Notes under the pieces: generated by a model | Databases searched by the model: none | Told to the model about the DNA's origin: nothing | What the model saw: only the letters and a program-made list of their open reading frames with translations | Shown here: in pieces, positions 25,179 to 37,366 of the stretch | How positions within the stretch are numbered: position 1 is the stretch's first letter | Layout of the letters: each line of letters opens with the position of its first letter | Program-made: the position numbers and the translations under genes | From: Octopus bimaculoides | Taxonomy: Eukaryota | Length of the DNA stretch: 59,329 nt | Assembly (NCBI RefSeq): GCF_001194135.2 | Contig: NC_068983.1 | Location: 100,644,488-100,703,816 of the forward strand | Direction of reading: 5' to 3'

Positions 25179-28048
25179 TGTGTGTGTGTGTGTTGATAAT
25201 TATATACAAGAAGCTATATGAAGTTCATTGTTCACTATATGTAGTCATTAATACACAGTTTATTAAAACTTGCACATTTTTTTTAAAAAATGAAATATGC
25301 CATCTATAACCATATATGTGCACGTGCATACATGCAAAGCTACATACATTGCATACAGATAGACAGATTGACGAGTCGAGTAGAAAGACACACATCCTTT
25401 TTAATATATATATTTTTAAACAGTAAATTTTAAAACTTACTTTTATGAACATCTACGCCCACACATCTGCCTATAAAAGGTGTTCAAATACTAGTTCAAA
25501 AACTCAGCTGTATTCATATTCACACAATCCATTAGCTAAGAAATATTATCACATGCAATCAGATACCAGCTACTCATAAATGCACCAAATAATATTCCTA
25601 TATCCATCTTATTTAACGTCCTTTTTTCTTTCTTTTTTTTTTTTTAGCTATTTATTATGAAATATGTTCTTTAATAATGGACCGGGTGGTTACCAACTGG
25701 AAACCGCAAGCGTTATAGCTTTTCGATAGTTTCATTGCAGTAGTTTCTTCTTTGAAGTTCTAAATAAAACTTTCTCATCACAAATTGTATCGATTTTACA
25801 CAATATATTTCATCATCCTTAAAGCCCCAAAATGGTGTGCACAAATTCAGAAAGAGCTTTCTTTTTATTCTTGTGAAAATCTGGTCAAAGAATCTATTGT
25901 GTCATTATTGAATTGTATTTGTGAGAACATGAAACAAATAATGCCATGAGCAAACTAGAAGCTGATAACTCATTAAGGATTTTATATAGAATCCAAAATG
26001 TTCCTTTATAAACACAGCGGAAGATATTGATAGGAACTAGACGGCAAAGGGTTTTGAATTGAACAAATGAGTATTTATTCCGAGATTTTGTCTACGCACA
26101 CTTGTAAAGAAATAGAATTATGAAGGCTAGACAAAAGTAATCTAATTGACTAGCCTCGATTACCTATGATACTGCTTTTAATTTAAACAAAAGGGTGTAA
26201 ACATCTAGCATTTGGGTTGACAATGTGTGCTGGACATCAAAAGCACGTTGCCTTTACAACTACATTTCTTTATTATCATTGTAGTAGTTCTTTTGTTTTA
26301 TTGTCGATGTTGTTTAAAAATCATATCCAAGCATTGTTTTATGTTATTGGCGATTTTACCCTGCATACGCGACTGAGGATTTTACATTTAATCCGAAGAT
26401 TAGGAGTTCAAATCCCACCAATCTTTACGTTGCAACTCCTCTTTCGAGGCCTTGATAAATTTAGTTACAGTAGTATACTGTGGATGATTTAATCAACTAT
26501 CTGCGTTAGTTATAGAAGACAATTATAAGCTTGTGTTTCATTCTAAAACAATCCTTATTAAGAGATTAGATTACTTAAATCAATTTTAAGATCCCAAATG
26601 TATAATTTTCATTTAGTTTGTTCTTTTTGATGTGTCCGTTTGGTTGCATAATAGACATGTGGGGTGGGAAAGTGTAGCAAGTATTTTTCTTTGGTAATGA
26701 TTTATTCTAAAGAGATGCCGATGGCTATATAGAATCTTTAGAACCTCAAATAAAACGCTGTGGGTTGCCAATTACGTTTTGATTTCAAAACATGCCTACA
26801 TCTTACTTTGCTCTTAATCACTCCAGGATTAATAGTTAAAGCACCAGTCAAGTACGGGAGTTGCTATTATCAACTGTGTTCAGAATCTCAAGAAGGTTAA
26901 ATTCAGTAAGGATTACAAGAGGGGGTGACATAGATATGATGGCTGACGAATTATGCATATAGGTGAAGTGAGTTATGCATATAGGTGAAGCGAGTTATGC
27001 ATGTAGGTCTTTCACTTGAGCGGAGATCATTGTAGTAGTGGTAGAAGCAGATAGAAAAAGAAATGTGAACGTAAGTTAAACTTGAATTGACCAATGTCTC
27101 AGCTAAGCCCATAGCGCAGCATTCGTGGTCAGAAACACATCATTAACTATTCAATCGGTAGTTTAACACTTGCACGACCCCCTAGAAATAGCATTCTCTT
27201 CTCGCTTACACCACACCGTGCTATTGTAAAAAGAGGACACTAGATAATACAATCCAAAATGCAGAGTGTTGGAAAACATAAGTAATGTTCAAAGCTGGAA
27301 TGCTTTTGGTCATAGGTATCCTTGATCAGAGCTGAATTAAGACTAAACAGTAGCATGGGCCCATTTATGACCTATGAAATGTGCTACACTAACTCGGTCT
27401 AATCTGATTGAGTTACAACAATATATCAGTCTAATTCGATTCTATCTAATTTTGATCTTGAAACTTATAAGGATTGTATAAATGTTTTGTATAAATGTTT
27501 TGTTGTCCACATCAACTTTACTAACCTAGAAAACTCCCAGTCAAACTGAATTAAGTTTGGTCATCAAAATAGAAGTCTGATAGCCGAATTCTCTTTTTCA
27601 ATCCATCTGCCTCGCTACCATGTTCGCAACACTCTCCCTCTAGTCACTCCAACCCAACAAAGCGACAACCAGGTCCTAATGACATCCCTTCAATAATGTG
27701 CAAACAGTGCGCTTCTGATATAGCTTCTGTAGCTATTTTGCTTGGAAGTTTCTTGCTAGGCAAACCACGATCCAGTGTGTATAGAGGGAACTTTTTATTC
27801 TGTATATTAATGAGCTTGTTATTTTGCATGAAGTACACACTAAAACTTTCGATGATTGTTTCCACTCCAGAGCCAGTACGTACTTCACCTCTGACTTGTT
27901 GATCTTCTATAAAGCTCAGCTGCAACACATATTGAAATTTTGCTCATATACCACGAACGGTGCTGCTACTAGACAGATCACTTTCACCTCAAGAAAATGT
28001 TATCAAGCTAATTAAGAAAGTTTTTTTTCTGAACAATAAGCTTTCTTT

Positions 28049-28113
28049 CTGCCTCTTCTACCGCTCTCTGCCTCTTCTACCGCTCTCTGCCTCTTCTACC
28101 GCTCTCTGCCTCT
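28049..28113. repeat. 19-bp minisatellite, 3.4 copies
   Basis: ctgcctcttctaccgctct x3 plus ctgcctct. Confidence 0.95.
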
Positions 28114-28114
28114 A

Positions 28115-28480
28115 GCTACAAGTAAGTTGCATACTATTTCCCCTCAAGTTCCATCGAGTGTTTCGGCTCCCTCCACTTAGCGTCATGTCTATTGCGTTTT
28201 GCACATAAAACCCCGCATTAAGCGTTTTTCCGAAACATTCCTTTCCAGAACTGTAACTTTCTGAAATTCTCTATTTCTCTTTATTTTTCCTACAGTAATA
28301 TCAACCACATCGATCTCGCCACCCAGGAATGCTGGTTGGTACAGGTCATGGATGTTCGGTTCTTGCTCATCGATATAATCAATTGCTTGTTTGCAGTGTT
28401 TCCTTATTGACGATGTTAACAAGGGAAAAGTTGTTTAGCATAACATTTCCAAGACATCCTTCAATCAGAAGGTTCACCAG
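28115..28480 (-). mobile_element. Highly decayed piggyBac-like transposase C-terminal fragment
   Basis: Allowing frameshifts, reads ..EPNIHDLY/NQH../GG(v)DRC.. then VQNA and EIVCNLL, paralleling the piggyBac P..I..YN..MGGVD..D, V.NAW and FRREI motifs. Confidence 0.45.
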
Positions 28481-29120
28481 TTCAAGTTTCAACAGACACC
28501 CTCCTGCCACTGGTATAAAATATTTCAGAAATTTTTTTTAAAATATAAACATTAAAACAGTAGATTTGTGTGTGCGTGCGTGGGAAAGTGGGGTGTTGAA
28601 TATTGCAAAAAATAATAATTCGATTTTTATGAAACGAAATCGGATTAAATATTCTTAAAAATTTCCTATTCATAACTATACTAGTTCCTTGCTCAAGAAT
28701 GATGTCTACGTCTTAGCTACAACGATAGGTTAATCATGCTTCTCTGTTATCTTCTTTTTCTTTCTTTTTTTGTATTTATATTCTTAAATTTCTGTCTCAT
28801 TTTATTTTCTCGGAATGAAAAACGCAAGGAAATTCGAAGTTAACCTGTTATATTAGAACACTGTTGTTGTAACAAGACTTTTTGTATTGTTTCTCACAAT
28901 GTGTATTTATGATGACAAAACTGAAGTTTGTTTTTCTATCTCTATTTTCAAACTTTCTAAATACATAACAATGCAACGAAAAAGTGTTAAAAATTTGTGT
29001 TGCAATAGAAAAAAACTCTCCCAAAACTGTTTACTCTAACGATAGTATAGAAAAGTTTACAAATAAAATAATAGTTTATCTTTTACATCAGCTTTTCACT
29101 TAACTTGACTGGTGTTTTAC

Positions 29121-29161
<41 letters not shown>

Positions 29162-29241
29162 NNNNNNNNNNNNNNNNNNNNNNNNNNNNNNNNNNNNNNN
29201 NNNNNNNNNNNNNNNNNNNNNNNNNNNNNNNNNNNNNNNNN

Positions 29242-29275
<34 letters not shown>

Positions 29276-29803
29276 TCGTTACCTCGTTCTCCGTTATAGT
29301 TGCTTTTCTCTTTACGAACAAACACGCCCACTTGTACATTATAAATGTATGTGTGTGTGTGTGTACACATGCGTGCGTACATACATACATATCAATGTTT
29401 GGGTAATATAGAAAAGCAGTCAAACGTTAACTGAAGGATCAGTTTACTCAAGTAAAGCACCGCATTTATTTTTACAGGAAAAAAGATTGTTAGTCATTAC
29501 AATAACGTTCTCAATCATCTTATATCTCTCACTCACCTCAGTTAATACCAGTAATGTTTCCGCAAAACCAGATCAACTGGAACCATTGGAAACGTTCTTA
29601 TATCACTCACCTGGCTTCAGAGGAAGTCAATGAAAGCATTGTTGTTGCACTAAATATCAGCTAAACCTTCGAGTTTGGGATGCCCTGACCTGATACTAGT
29701 TGAGTGGCTTGCCTTATTTATTTTCTTATTTCTTTTAGATACTTGTAGAAATATTTTTGCGTTACTTTAGTTATTTTAACGTTTTGATATATTCTCTAAG
29801 GTC

Positions 29804-30615
29804 AAGGCGGCGATCTAGCAGGATCGTTGGCAGACCCAGCAAAATGCTAAGCGACATTTTGTCCGTCTCTAAGTTCAAATGCCGCCGAGGTTGACTTTGC
29901 CTTTCATTCTTTCGGGGTCGATAAAATATGTACCAATTGAGCACTGAGATCGATGTAATCGACCTACTTCATCCCCCGAACCGGCTGGCCTTGTACCAAA
30001 ATTTGAAACAAATGTATTCTCTAACACCTCTGTACCTCATTTCGACTTTTATATAACTTTGTTTTACATCCATACACGTTTTTTTCATTCCCTTCATAAC
30101 AATTATATCGCATGTATGAAAGGGACCTTGTGGAAAAATAAAAGAAAGTATTGTTGTTGTTACTAAGGCAGAATTGTTAGAGCGTCGGACAGAATACCCA
30201 TACACAGTGGTATTTCTTCCGGTCCTTTACGTTCTGAGTTCAAATCCTGTCAGAGTTAACTTTGTCTTTCATCTTTTCGGGATCGATAGAATAAAATACC
30301 AACCAAGTATTGCGATCAATGTAAATCGATTACCCACCTCAAAATTGCAGGCCTTTTACCAAAATTAGAAAGACTTACTATTAGTAGTAGTAATAGCAAG
30401 GTGGAAAGCTAGCAGAATTGTTAGCGAATCAGGCGATAATGATTACTGGTATTTCTTCCTACTTTTTTGTTAAGTTCCTATCTCGCCAAGGTCAAGTATG
30501 TCTTTCATCCTTTCGGGAGTGATAAAGTAGCAGTCAAGTGATGGGATCGATGTCATCGACTTCCCTCTCCCCTCAAAAAAATACTGCTGGTCCTGTAGCA
30601 AACTTTGAAACCATT
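29804..30615 (+). mobile_element. Three head-to-tail tRNA-derived SINEs, local family B
   Basis: Copies start near 29804, 30165 and 30398, each with aaggcggcgagctggcagaatcgttagc..gagttcaaat..gactttgcctttcatcctttcggggtcgataaa. Confidence 0.88.
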
Positions 30616-30721
30616 GGTAGTAGTAGTAGTAGTCGTAGGAGGAGGAGGAGGAGGAGGGGAGGACGACGGGGAGGACGAGGAAGAGTAATAGAAGTAAGGC
30701 GGTAAGCATTTCGTCAGTCTT

Positions 30722-31407
30722 TACAATCTCACAGAGCAAGTGTTCTCCCACGGTCAACTTTACGTTGGATGCTCCCATGTTGGCAGGCCACAAAGTCTGT
30801 AGCTTTGTGCATCAGAAGGGAAAACGAGAAACGTTGCCTATAAAGAAGCGCTCCACTGAAAAGACGGCATTTCTTCACATCTTCCAAATTACCCCAGTCG
30901 TCTGCCACCTCAAAAGCTTCGTACTTGCCGTGCCAGCCAACGTAAGTCAATGACACACAACTTCACTCACTCACTCTATCTCTCTTTCTCACCCTCTTTC
31001 TCTCTCACATACACACACACATACACGCACGCGCACGTCCATTTCATATATCTTTTCATTTCTGTTCTCTGCAAATAAAATTTTTACGGATACAACTGCT
31101 TACAAAAATTGGGATTAATGTATAATTTCTTTCTATTTTCATAATTAAACAAATGTTTTAATGATTAGACAGACGTCCAATAGAATAGCTCTCAGAAACA
31201 GACTACGTACAAATTTTTTCTTCACAACTCCTGAAGCCATTTTCTGATAGGGGGTGGGTTGAAATCAGCATACAGCTAGAGGCTCCAATTGAAACAGGGG
31301 ACCCGAAATGATAAGGTTGAGAAACGCTGTTATAGATTATGCCTAACCGAAAACGATCACAGCCACATCATCCAAACAGACCGGGTGAAACCGGGTTTAT
31401 CTGCTAG
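30722..31407 (+). mobile_element. Helitron 3' remnant: PIF1-like helicase tail and hairpin/CTAG end
   Basis: YNLTEQVFSHGQLYVGCSHVGRPQSL*LCASEGKTRNVAYKEALH* (to 30859) matches the RepHel FSHGQLYVALSRV..KT.N.VY.E tail; ccgg-gtgaaa-ccgg hairpin at 31381-94 and CTAG at 31404-07 followed by T. Confidence 0.8.
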
Positions 31408-32420
31408 TAGTATATAAATAAATATAGCTATATGTTTTGTGGTAGTCTGAGAAAGAAGAGCGTCAGATGAAATTACCTTCAGTCTACTCCCACGGATAAT
31501 TTGAAATCAATTTCATCCAACCTCCGATATAACGATTTCAAGTTACGGTGCAGTAAGGTGAAACAGCTACCCGTTATTTATACAGTTACCTTTTATCTGT
31601 ACAGCTCATTGAATATAAAGCTGACACGATTTCATGAGGATCAGAAATGTCGATTTAGATGCATCAATAATTCCAGGTGGGGAAAATGGTTAAAGAACAA
31701 ATTACATAAACAAACTATATCCGATCTGCGTATACATTTTACTTAGTAAATGATAAAGTGTTACATATTAAGATAGATGCACCATTAAAATGAGCGGTGA
31801 CGTTTAACCATCTGATAGTAGAACATCAAAAGTTTATATAAAGGTCTGAAGTGTTTTTATGTTAATTATTTTTATTGACGTAACCAACACAGATGTGGCT
31901 AAAGCCATAAAATCGATTCATTTTATAGTTTGTGGTCAGGAAAAAAAATAACTACATTAGTGTCCCTGTGACAAACACATATTCTGAATAATACTTTCAG
32001 CATTAATTCCGAATGGGTAAGTATTTTGTTCATAAGATTGACGTGGCAGAATTGAGGATAAGACATCGTTGACGTGTTAAATGTTGAATGCTATAAAGCC
32101 TAACTCATCTGTCTGTTTGTAAATTGCTTATTTTAGCAAATTATATTTACGTCTAACAATGTTTGACAGTGTTTCGTAGAGATCACACCTTCTTCATATA
32201 TCCAAAAAACATCCATTGTTGGCACCTCCTCAAAATATACTTCGTTTTTGAAGTGTAGAACATTATAATATATTCATGCGCCCGAACAAGCAAATTATAT
32301 GATGGGAAACGTCATAATCATCTAAGTGATCCAAATGGCGGAGAATTAACTGAGTCGGTAGAGTGTCATCGGGTAAAGTGCTTAGTACCACTGCTTCCGA
32401 CTCTCTACGGGGATAAGTTT

Positions 32421-33620
32421 AAACAAGCTCACATTAGATGGCGCTTCAGTGGTGAGATTCTGACACGAGGCCTTGCGACTTCCTCTTCTGGCAGTTAGAT
32501 GTCGGAAAGCAACGACATGGTCTAGTTGGCTCTCTTACGACACGCGGCGACTAGCAGACATGAGGTAAAGCACAGAAGAAGATCATGGCCTCCACGCATC
32601 AAACTCATTCCATTTATCATTCAACTTATATATATATATACATCTTACGTCACGCGACTCAGGTCATTCTTTGCTGACCTACCACCGATGCTTCCTCACG
32701 ACCAGTCTATTTCTTCTGCAGTACCTCCGGATATTTCTACTTGGACCCACGTGTTTGTAAGAAATGATGCCGTCAAGAGATTGCTCACACCTCCCTATAC
32801 TGGACCCTATCGCGTTCTTAGAAGCACACCGAAACTGTTCACTGTGGACATTCACGGAAAAAAAAGAGACTGACTCTATGGACAGAGTAAAAAGAGCTTT
32901 TTCCGAAATATTTATGCCACTTGTTGACACACCCATAATTCCTCAAACACTACTACCCCACCCCCACAAGCACCAACTCGGCTCTCCAAAAAACCAACTA
33001 CACAAATGCATTCTTCACCTTGCTGGACACGTTCTGGCAGATTGGTTCACAGGCCGAAGAAAGTGTTTCAGACTATTTACATTTCTTAACTTTGCCTCGC
33101 CAGTGACAGTTCTGGAGAATAGACTTATGTTGTCATAGATACCGCATCCATATTTCATCTCTTTTTGTATCGCTGTATATATATGCTTTGTTCTATATGA
33201 TTGGACACCTTTCTTTGCTGAACTTTTTTTTTCCTTGTATATACTTGCATTGTATTTTTTCAATTGTTCATACAACTGTTTTGCCATGTTTCATTCTTCA
33301 GTGCCCTCCTAGCGCACACGTATTTCCCCTACCTACATTACTCTTATTCGACCGCTTCCGGTCTAAGGGGAGAGGCCTCTGTAGGTGTAGTTACCTCTCT
33401 TGACAGCGGCTGCTTAAACAAGCTCGCATTAGATGGCGCTTCAGCGGGGAAATTATGACACCAGGCCTAACGACTTCCTCTTTTGACATCTAGACGTCGG
33501 AGAGCAACAACATGGTCTAGTTGGCCCTCATATGGCACGCGGTGACTAGCAGACATGCGGAAACGTACAGAAGATCATGGCCACCATGCATCAAACTCTT
33601 TCCATTTATCATTCAACTAA
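32421..33620 (+). mobile_element. Ty3/Gypsy LTR retrotransposon remnant: partial LTR, integrase C-terminus, PPT, LTR
   Basis: Direct repeats 32421-32626 and 33416-33618; THVFVRNDAVKRLLTPPYTGPYRVL (GPY/F motif); PPT aaggggagagg at 33365-75; TGTAGG at 33380. Confidence 0.88.
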
Positions 33621-34038
33621 TATATGTGTGAAGCCGACATTAACGGTATTTTAAGTTACAGCCTTGTTCTATGTATTTCTTTGTACCGTGTTCCTATCAA
33701 ATGATATTACAGCCTTCTGAAGGAGTCAACGTTCAGATGACTCCACAACCGTGATTCAAACACCATCTCAAGATCGATCAAACTATAAAAACGTCTGATT
33801 GGTTGTCTTTCAGTATTTGTCAGAGCTCTTTACGATCTGAGTTTAAATTTTACTATGGCCTACTAGGGTGACAGACTTAATACGTTGATCTGCTTAACAC
33901 CTCCAATTAACACCTTGAGTGCCGTTAGCAGAACCCGCATTGTTGCAAGCATTCGGGTATTTTCTTCCCTGGTGGTGGTGGTGGTGGTGGTGGTGGTGGT
34001 GGTGGNNNNNNNNNNNNNNCAAGTAAATGATGGTGGTG

Positions 34039-34072
<34 letters not shown>

Positions 34073-35139
34073 ATGCAAAAGTGTATTTAAAAGGCTAAGA
34101 CTATTTTTAAATCTGTTATTTGACAGCATGGACAGTTATAATTGTTGGCTGCTCAAAATTTGTTCCAAAGTATAATTCCTTCGCCATAAATACAAGTATG
34201 CTACGTCAGATTTTTTTGTATAAGACAACCAGTCAAAGAGGACAGAGATAATGGGGAAGTGGGGATAGAAGGCGGGGTATAGGAAGAGGGATGGATCGAT
34301 GAAGAACTCTAACGGCAAAAATTATAATATTATCAACAACAACAACAACAATCGTAATTGCAAATCAACAACCATAACAGCAATAAACAACAAACAGCAA
34401 CAGAAAAAAATGAAGGAAAGAGACAAAACACTGCCATATCTCTAAGAGGTTCGTCTTGATCTCTTAGAATTCATACAAAAGATGCCAGAACATTAGTTTT
34501 CAGTCTCTAGTTATGCTACACAGTTGATCAGACATATTGAGATATGGCAATGAAGAAAGAGAAAAAAAGCATCAGTTTCTTTTTTCTTTGTTTCGTTTCT
34601 TGTTTTACGTAAGATACAAATAATGCCGGGAAAACAGTTTTGATATAAAGTGGTTGAAACATGATATACAACGAAGTAATGAGGGTGCCTCTAAGTCTTA
34701 GTCTTCTATTGTAATTCTTTTCACGCCTAAAATACTTTACAGGAATATCAACTCAACTGATCTATTTATTTATATTCATTATTAAATCGACTGATTTATT
34801 TGTATTTGTTTATTTTATTTCATGAAATTATTATTTCAAAGATACCCGGAAGGATGTAAGACAGACTTGAGATCTTGGCAAAATTTGAGTTCGGAACATA
34901 AAGAGCAGAAACTAATAACTGCAAGCATTTTGTCCGACAATCTAGCAATTCGACCAAACCAATCATATAGCTGCCTTATATGAAGAACACCGTATTAGCT
35001 AATGTGGTCCAAGGTAATCCGAACAAGATGGGATGGTGACAGCTGGAATACCTTAGAGCAATGTTCTATTAATATTCACCTAGATGTTGAACAGCAAAAT
35101 AAGACACCCGTTCATTGTGAGATGAAATGCATTTCATTA

Positions 35140-35345
35140 TGGCGGTGAGCTGGCAGAGTCGTTAACATGCCAGATTTAGCGACATTTCGTCCGTCTTTAC
35201 CTTTTGAGTTAAAATTCCACCGAAGGTCAACTTTGCCTTTTATCCTTCCGGGGCCGATAAATTAAGTATCAGTCTAATACTGAGATCGATGAGATCGACT
35301 TATCCGATCCTCACAAATTTCAGGCCTTGTGCCTATAGTAGAGTG
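35140..35345 (+). mobile_element. SINE family B
   Basis: ggcggtgagctggcagagtcgttaac..ttttgagttaaaattcc..ccttgtgcctatagtaga. Confidence 0.85.
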
Positions 35346-36162
35346 TGTATGTGTGAATGGGGACGAGTGAGCCTAACATGTGTGTGNNNNNNNNNNNNNN
35401 NNNNNNNNNNNNNNNNNNNNNNNNNNNNNNNNNNNNNNNNNNNNNNNNNNNNNNNNNNNNNNNNNNNNNNNNNNNNNNNNNNNNNNGTGTGTGTGTGTGT
35501 GTGTGTGTGTGCGTGTGTGTGTGTATGTGGTACAAATTACAGAAAACAGAATAGTCAATAACTAATTTCAATACATACATACATACATACATACATGCAT
35601 GCATGCATACATACATACATACATACATGCATGCATATATGCATACATACATACATACATACATACATACATGCATACATGCATACATACATACATACAT
35701 ACATACATACATACATACATGCATACATACATACATACATACATACATACATACATGCATACATGCATACATACATACATACATACATACATACATACAT
35801 ACATACATACGTACGTACGTACGTACATACATACATAACGGAGGGAAGGCAACTGAACCGAAACTTCGAAGAATTTTTACCTTGTTAAAATATGTATGCA
35901 GATATGTGTGTTTGTATGTGTACATCTGTCTGACTGTTTACATGTATGTATTGATGATGCAATTCTCAAGAGGTAAATTAGTCATTTCAGTGTCTCAATT
36001 TAAAATATAGTGGCCATTTCCAAATTTCCCAGAAGTACACTGCAGGCATTACGTACGTGGTTATAGGTTACCATTCGTGATCAAGTATTCCAATGGATAT
36101 CATAACCTCATTTTATATATATGTGCGTGTGTATGTGAGTGTGCTATATATATATATATATA

Positions 36163-37366
36163 TGTAGTGAAACTACTTATCGCCATTAGATACAAAACTA
36201 CTATCGCCATTACATACAATCTTCTCATTTAAATATAAATAAATGCGAGCGTAGTAGAGAACCCATTCCTTGTCATCACGTGACTGATTATTATTCGAAT
36301 CGGCAACTTCTTCGAACCGTTCCCGCCAGAACGCAAACTGACCAATCACAGCCCCTAATAAGGTCACGTGGTAGAGTAAAATTCTATCACCGTCTTGGAG
36401 CCCTCTTAACGCTATAAATAGCTTTAACTCATACCCAACAAGTTTGTCTCGGTCCAGTTTCTCTTTGAGAACTGTTCCGTGTACCACACAACAGCAGCAG
36501 CTTCCAGCGACCACTTCAACAGCTTCGTCCAGCCAACGATAACCACCGCCGTCGCCACATCAGCAACAAGAGTCTACGACTACTATCCAGCATCATTCGT
36601 CATGACCAACACGATTCTACGATTACTACTACCGAGCATCAATCTCCACCAGCGTCAACACGACTTACTATGTACACCACACCAAACTACCGCGGCACAT
36701 CTCTCTCTTCGATTCTGTTAGGTGACTCAGCTTCACCACGGTAAATAAACAGACAAGAGTTCTTAANNNNNNNNNNNNNNNNNNNNNNNNNNNNNNNNNN
36801 NNNNNNNNNNNNNNNNNNNNNNNNNNNNNNNNNNNNNNNNNNNNNNNNNNNNNNNNNNNNNNNNNNNNNNNNNNNNNNNNNNNNNNNNNNNNNNNNNNNN
36901 NNNNNNNNNNNNNNNNNNNNNNNNNNNNNNNNNNNNNNNNNNNNNNNNNNNNNNNNNNNNNNNNNNNNNNNNNNNNNNNNNNNNNNNNNNNNNNNNNNNN
37001 NNNNNNNNNNNNNNNNNNNNNNNNNNNNNNNNNNNNNNNNNNNNNNNNNNNNNNNNNNNNNNNNNNNNNNNNNNNNNNNNNNNNNNNNNNNNNNNNNNTG
37101 ATTATGTTCTTATATGTCGCATTCACACTCACACACAGACATACATCTTTAACGCTACAATAAATATCTCTGTTATTCATCTAATACGGTTGTGGTCTTT
37201 CATTACTAGTCATCTATGTTATCGTCGCATAACATATCATGTATATCATCATCTTTGATATATATTTGTATGTTCGACTGTGTGACACGTTTAAATAAAA
37301 GGAGTCCTCTGTTTTTCCATTCGTCACCATTTCTCCTTTTATGAGTTCGCACGGTCGTCCCTTACA
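36163..37366 (+). mobile_element. Solo-LTR-like element (~1.2 kb, includes a gap) in (TA)n
   Basis: Ends TGTA..TACA with TATA on both sides; internal CCAAT, TATA and AATAAA in + orientation; 37099-37366 is about 96% identical (by eye) to the reverse complement of 54457-54726. Confidence 0.78.
36276..36460 (+). promoter_or_regulatory. Pol II promoter inside the LTR-like element
   Basis: CACGTG at 36277 and 36365, CCAAT at 36342, TATAAATA at 36413-36420, Inr-like (c/a)agttt about 25-40 bp downstream. Confidence 0.6.

Noticed and set aside
26951-28113. Short direct repeats considered as a CRISPR-like array
   Set aside because: Repeats are contiguous with no unique spacers, there are no cas genes, and the context is eukaryotic.
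33717-33750. ctga-aggagtc..gactcc-acaa, hammerhead-like
   Set aside because: A stem is present but both core segments (CUGANGA, GAAA) are broken and no stem I was found.
35320-36010. MYVC/HTYI/CVCV repeat peptides throughout the window
   Set aside because: Translations of (TACA)n, (CA)n and (TA)n microsatellites.
36290-36332. GAA/TTC cluster as a heat-shock element
   Set aside because: Spacing is 3 nt rather than the nGAAnnTTCn 2-nt periodicity.
36173-36514. 113-aa minus-strand ORF with a gag-like WRERFEEVADSNN stretch
   Set aside because: It is the antisense of the LTR promoter region (E-boxes, CCAAT, TATA) and ends at the LTR boundary; no sustained capsid similarity.
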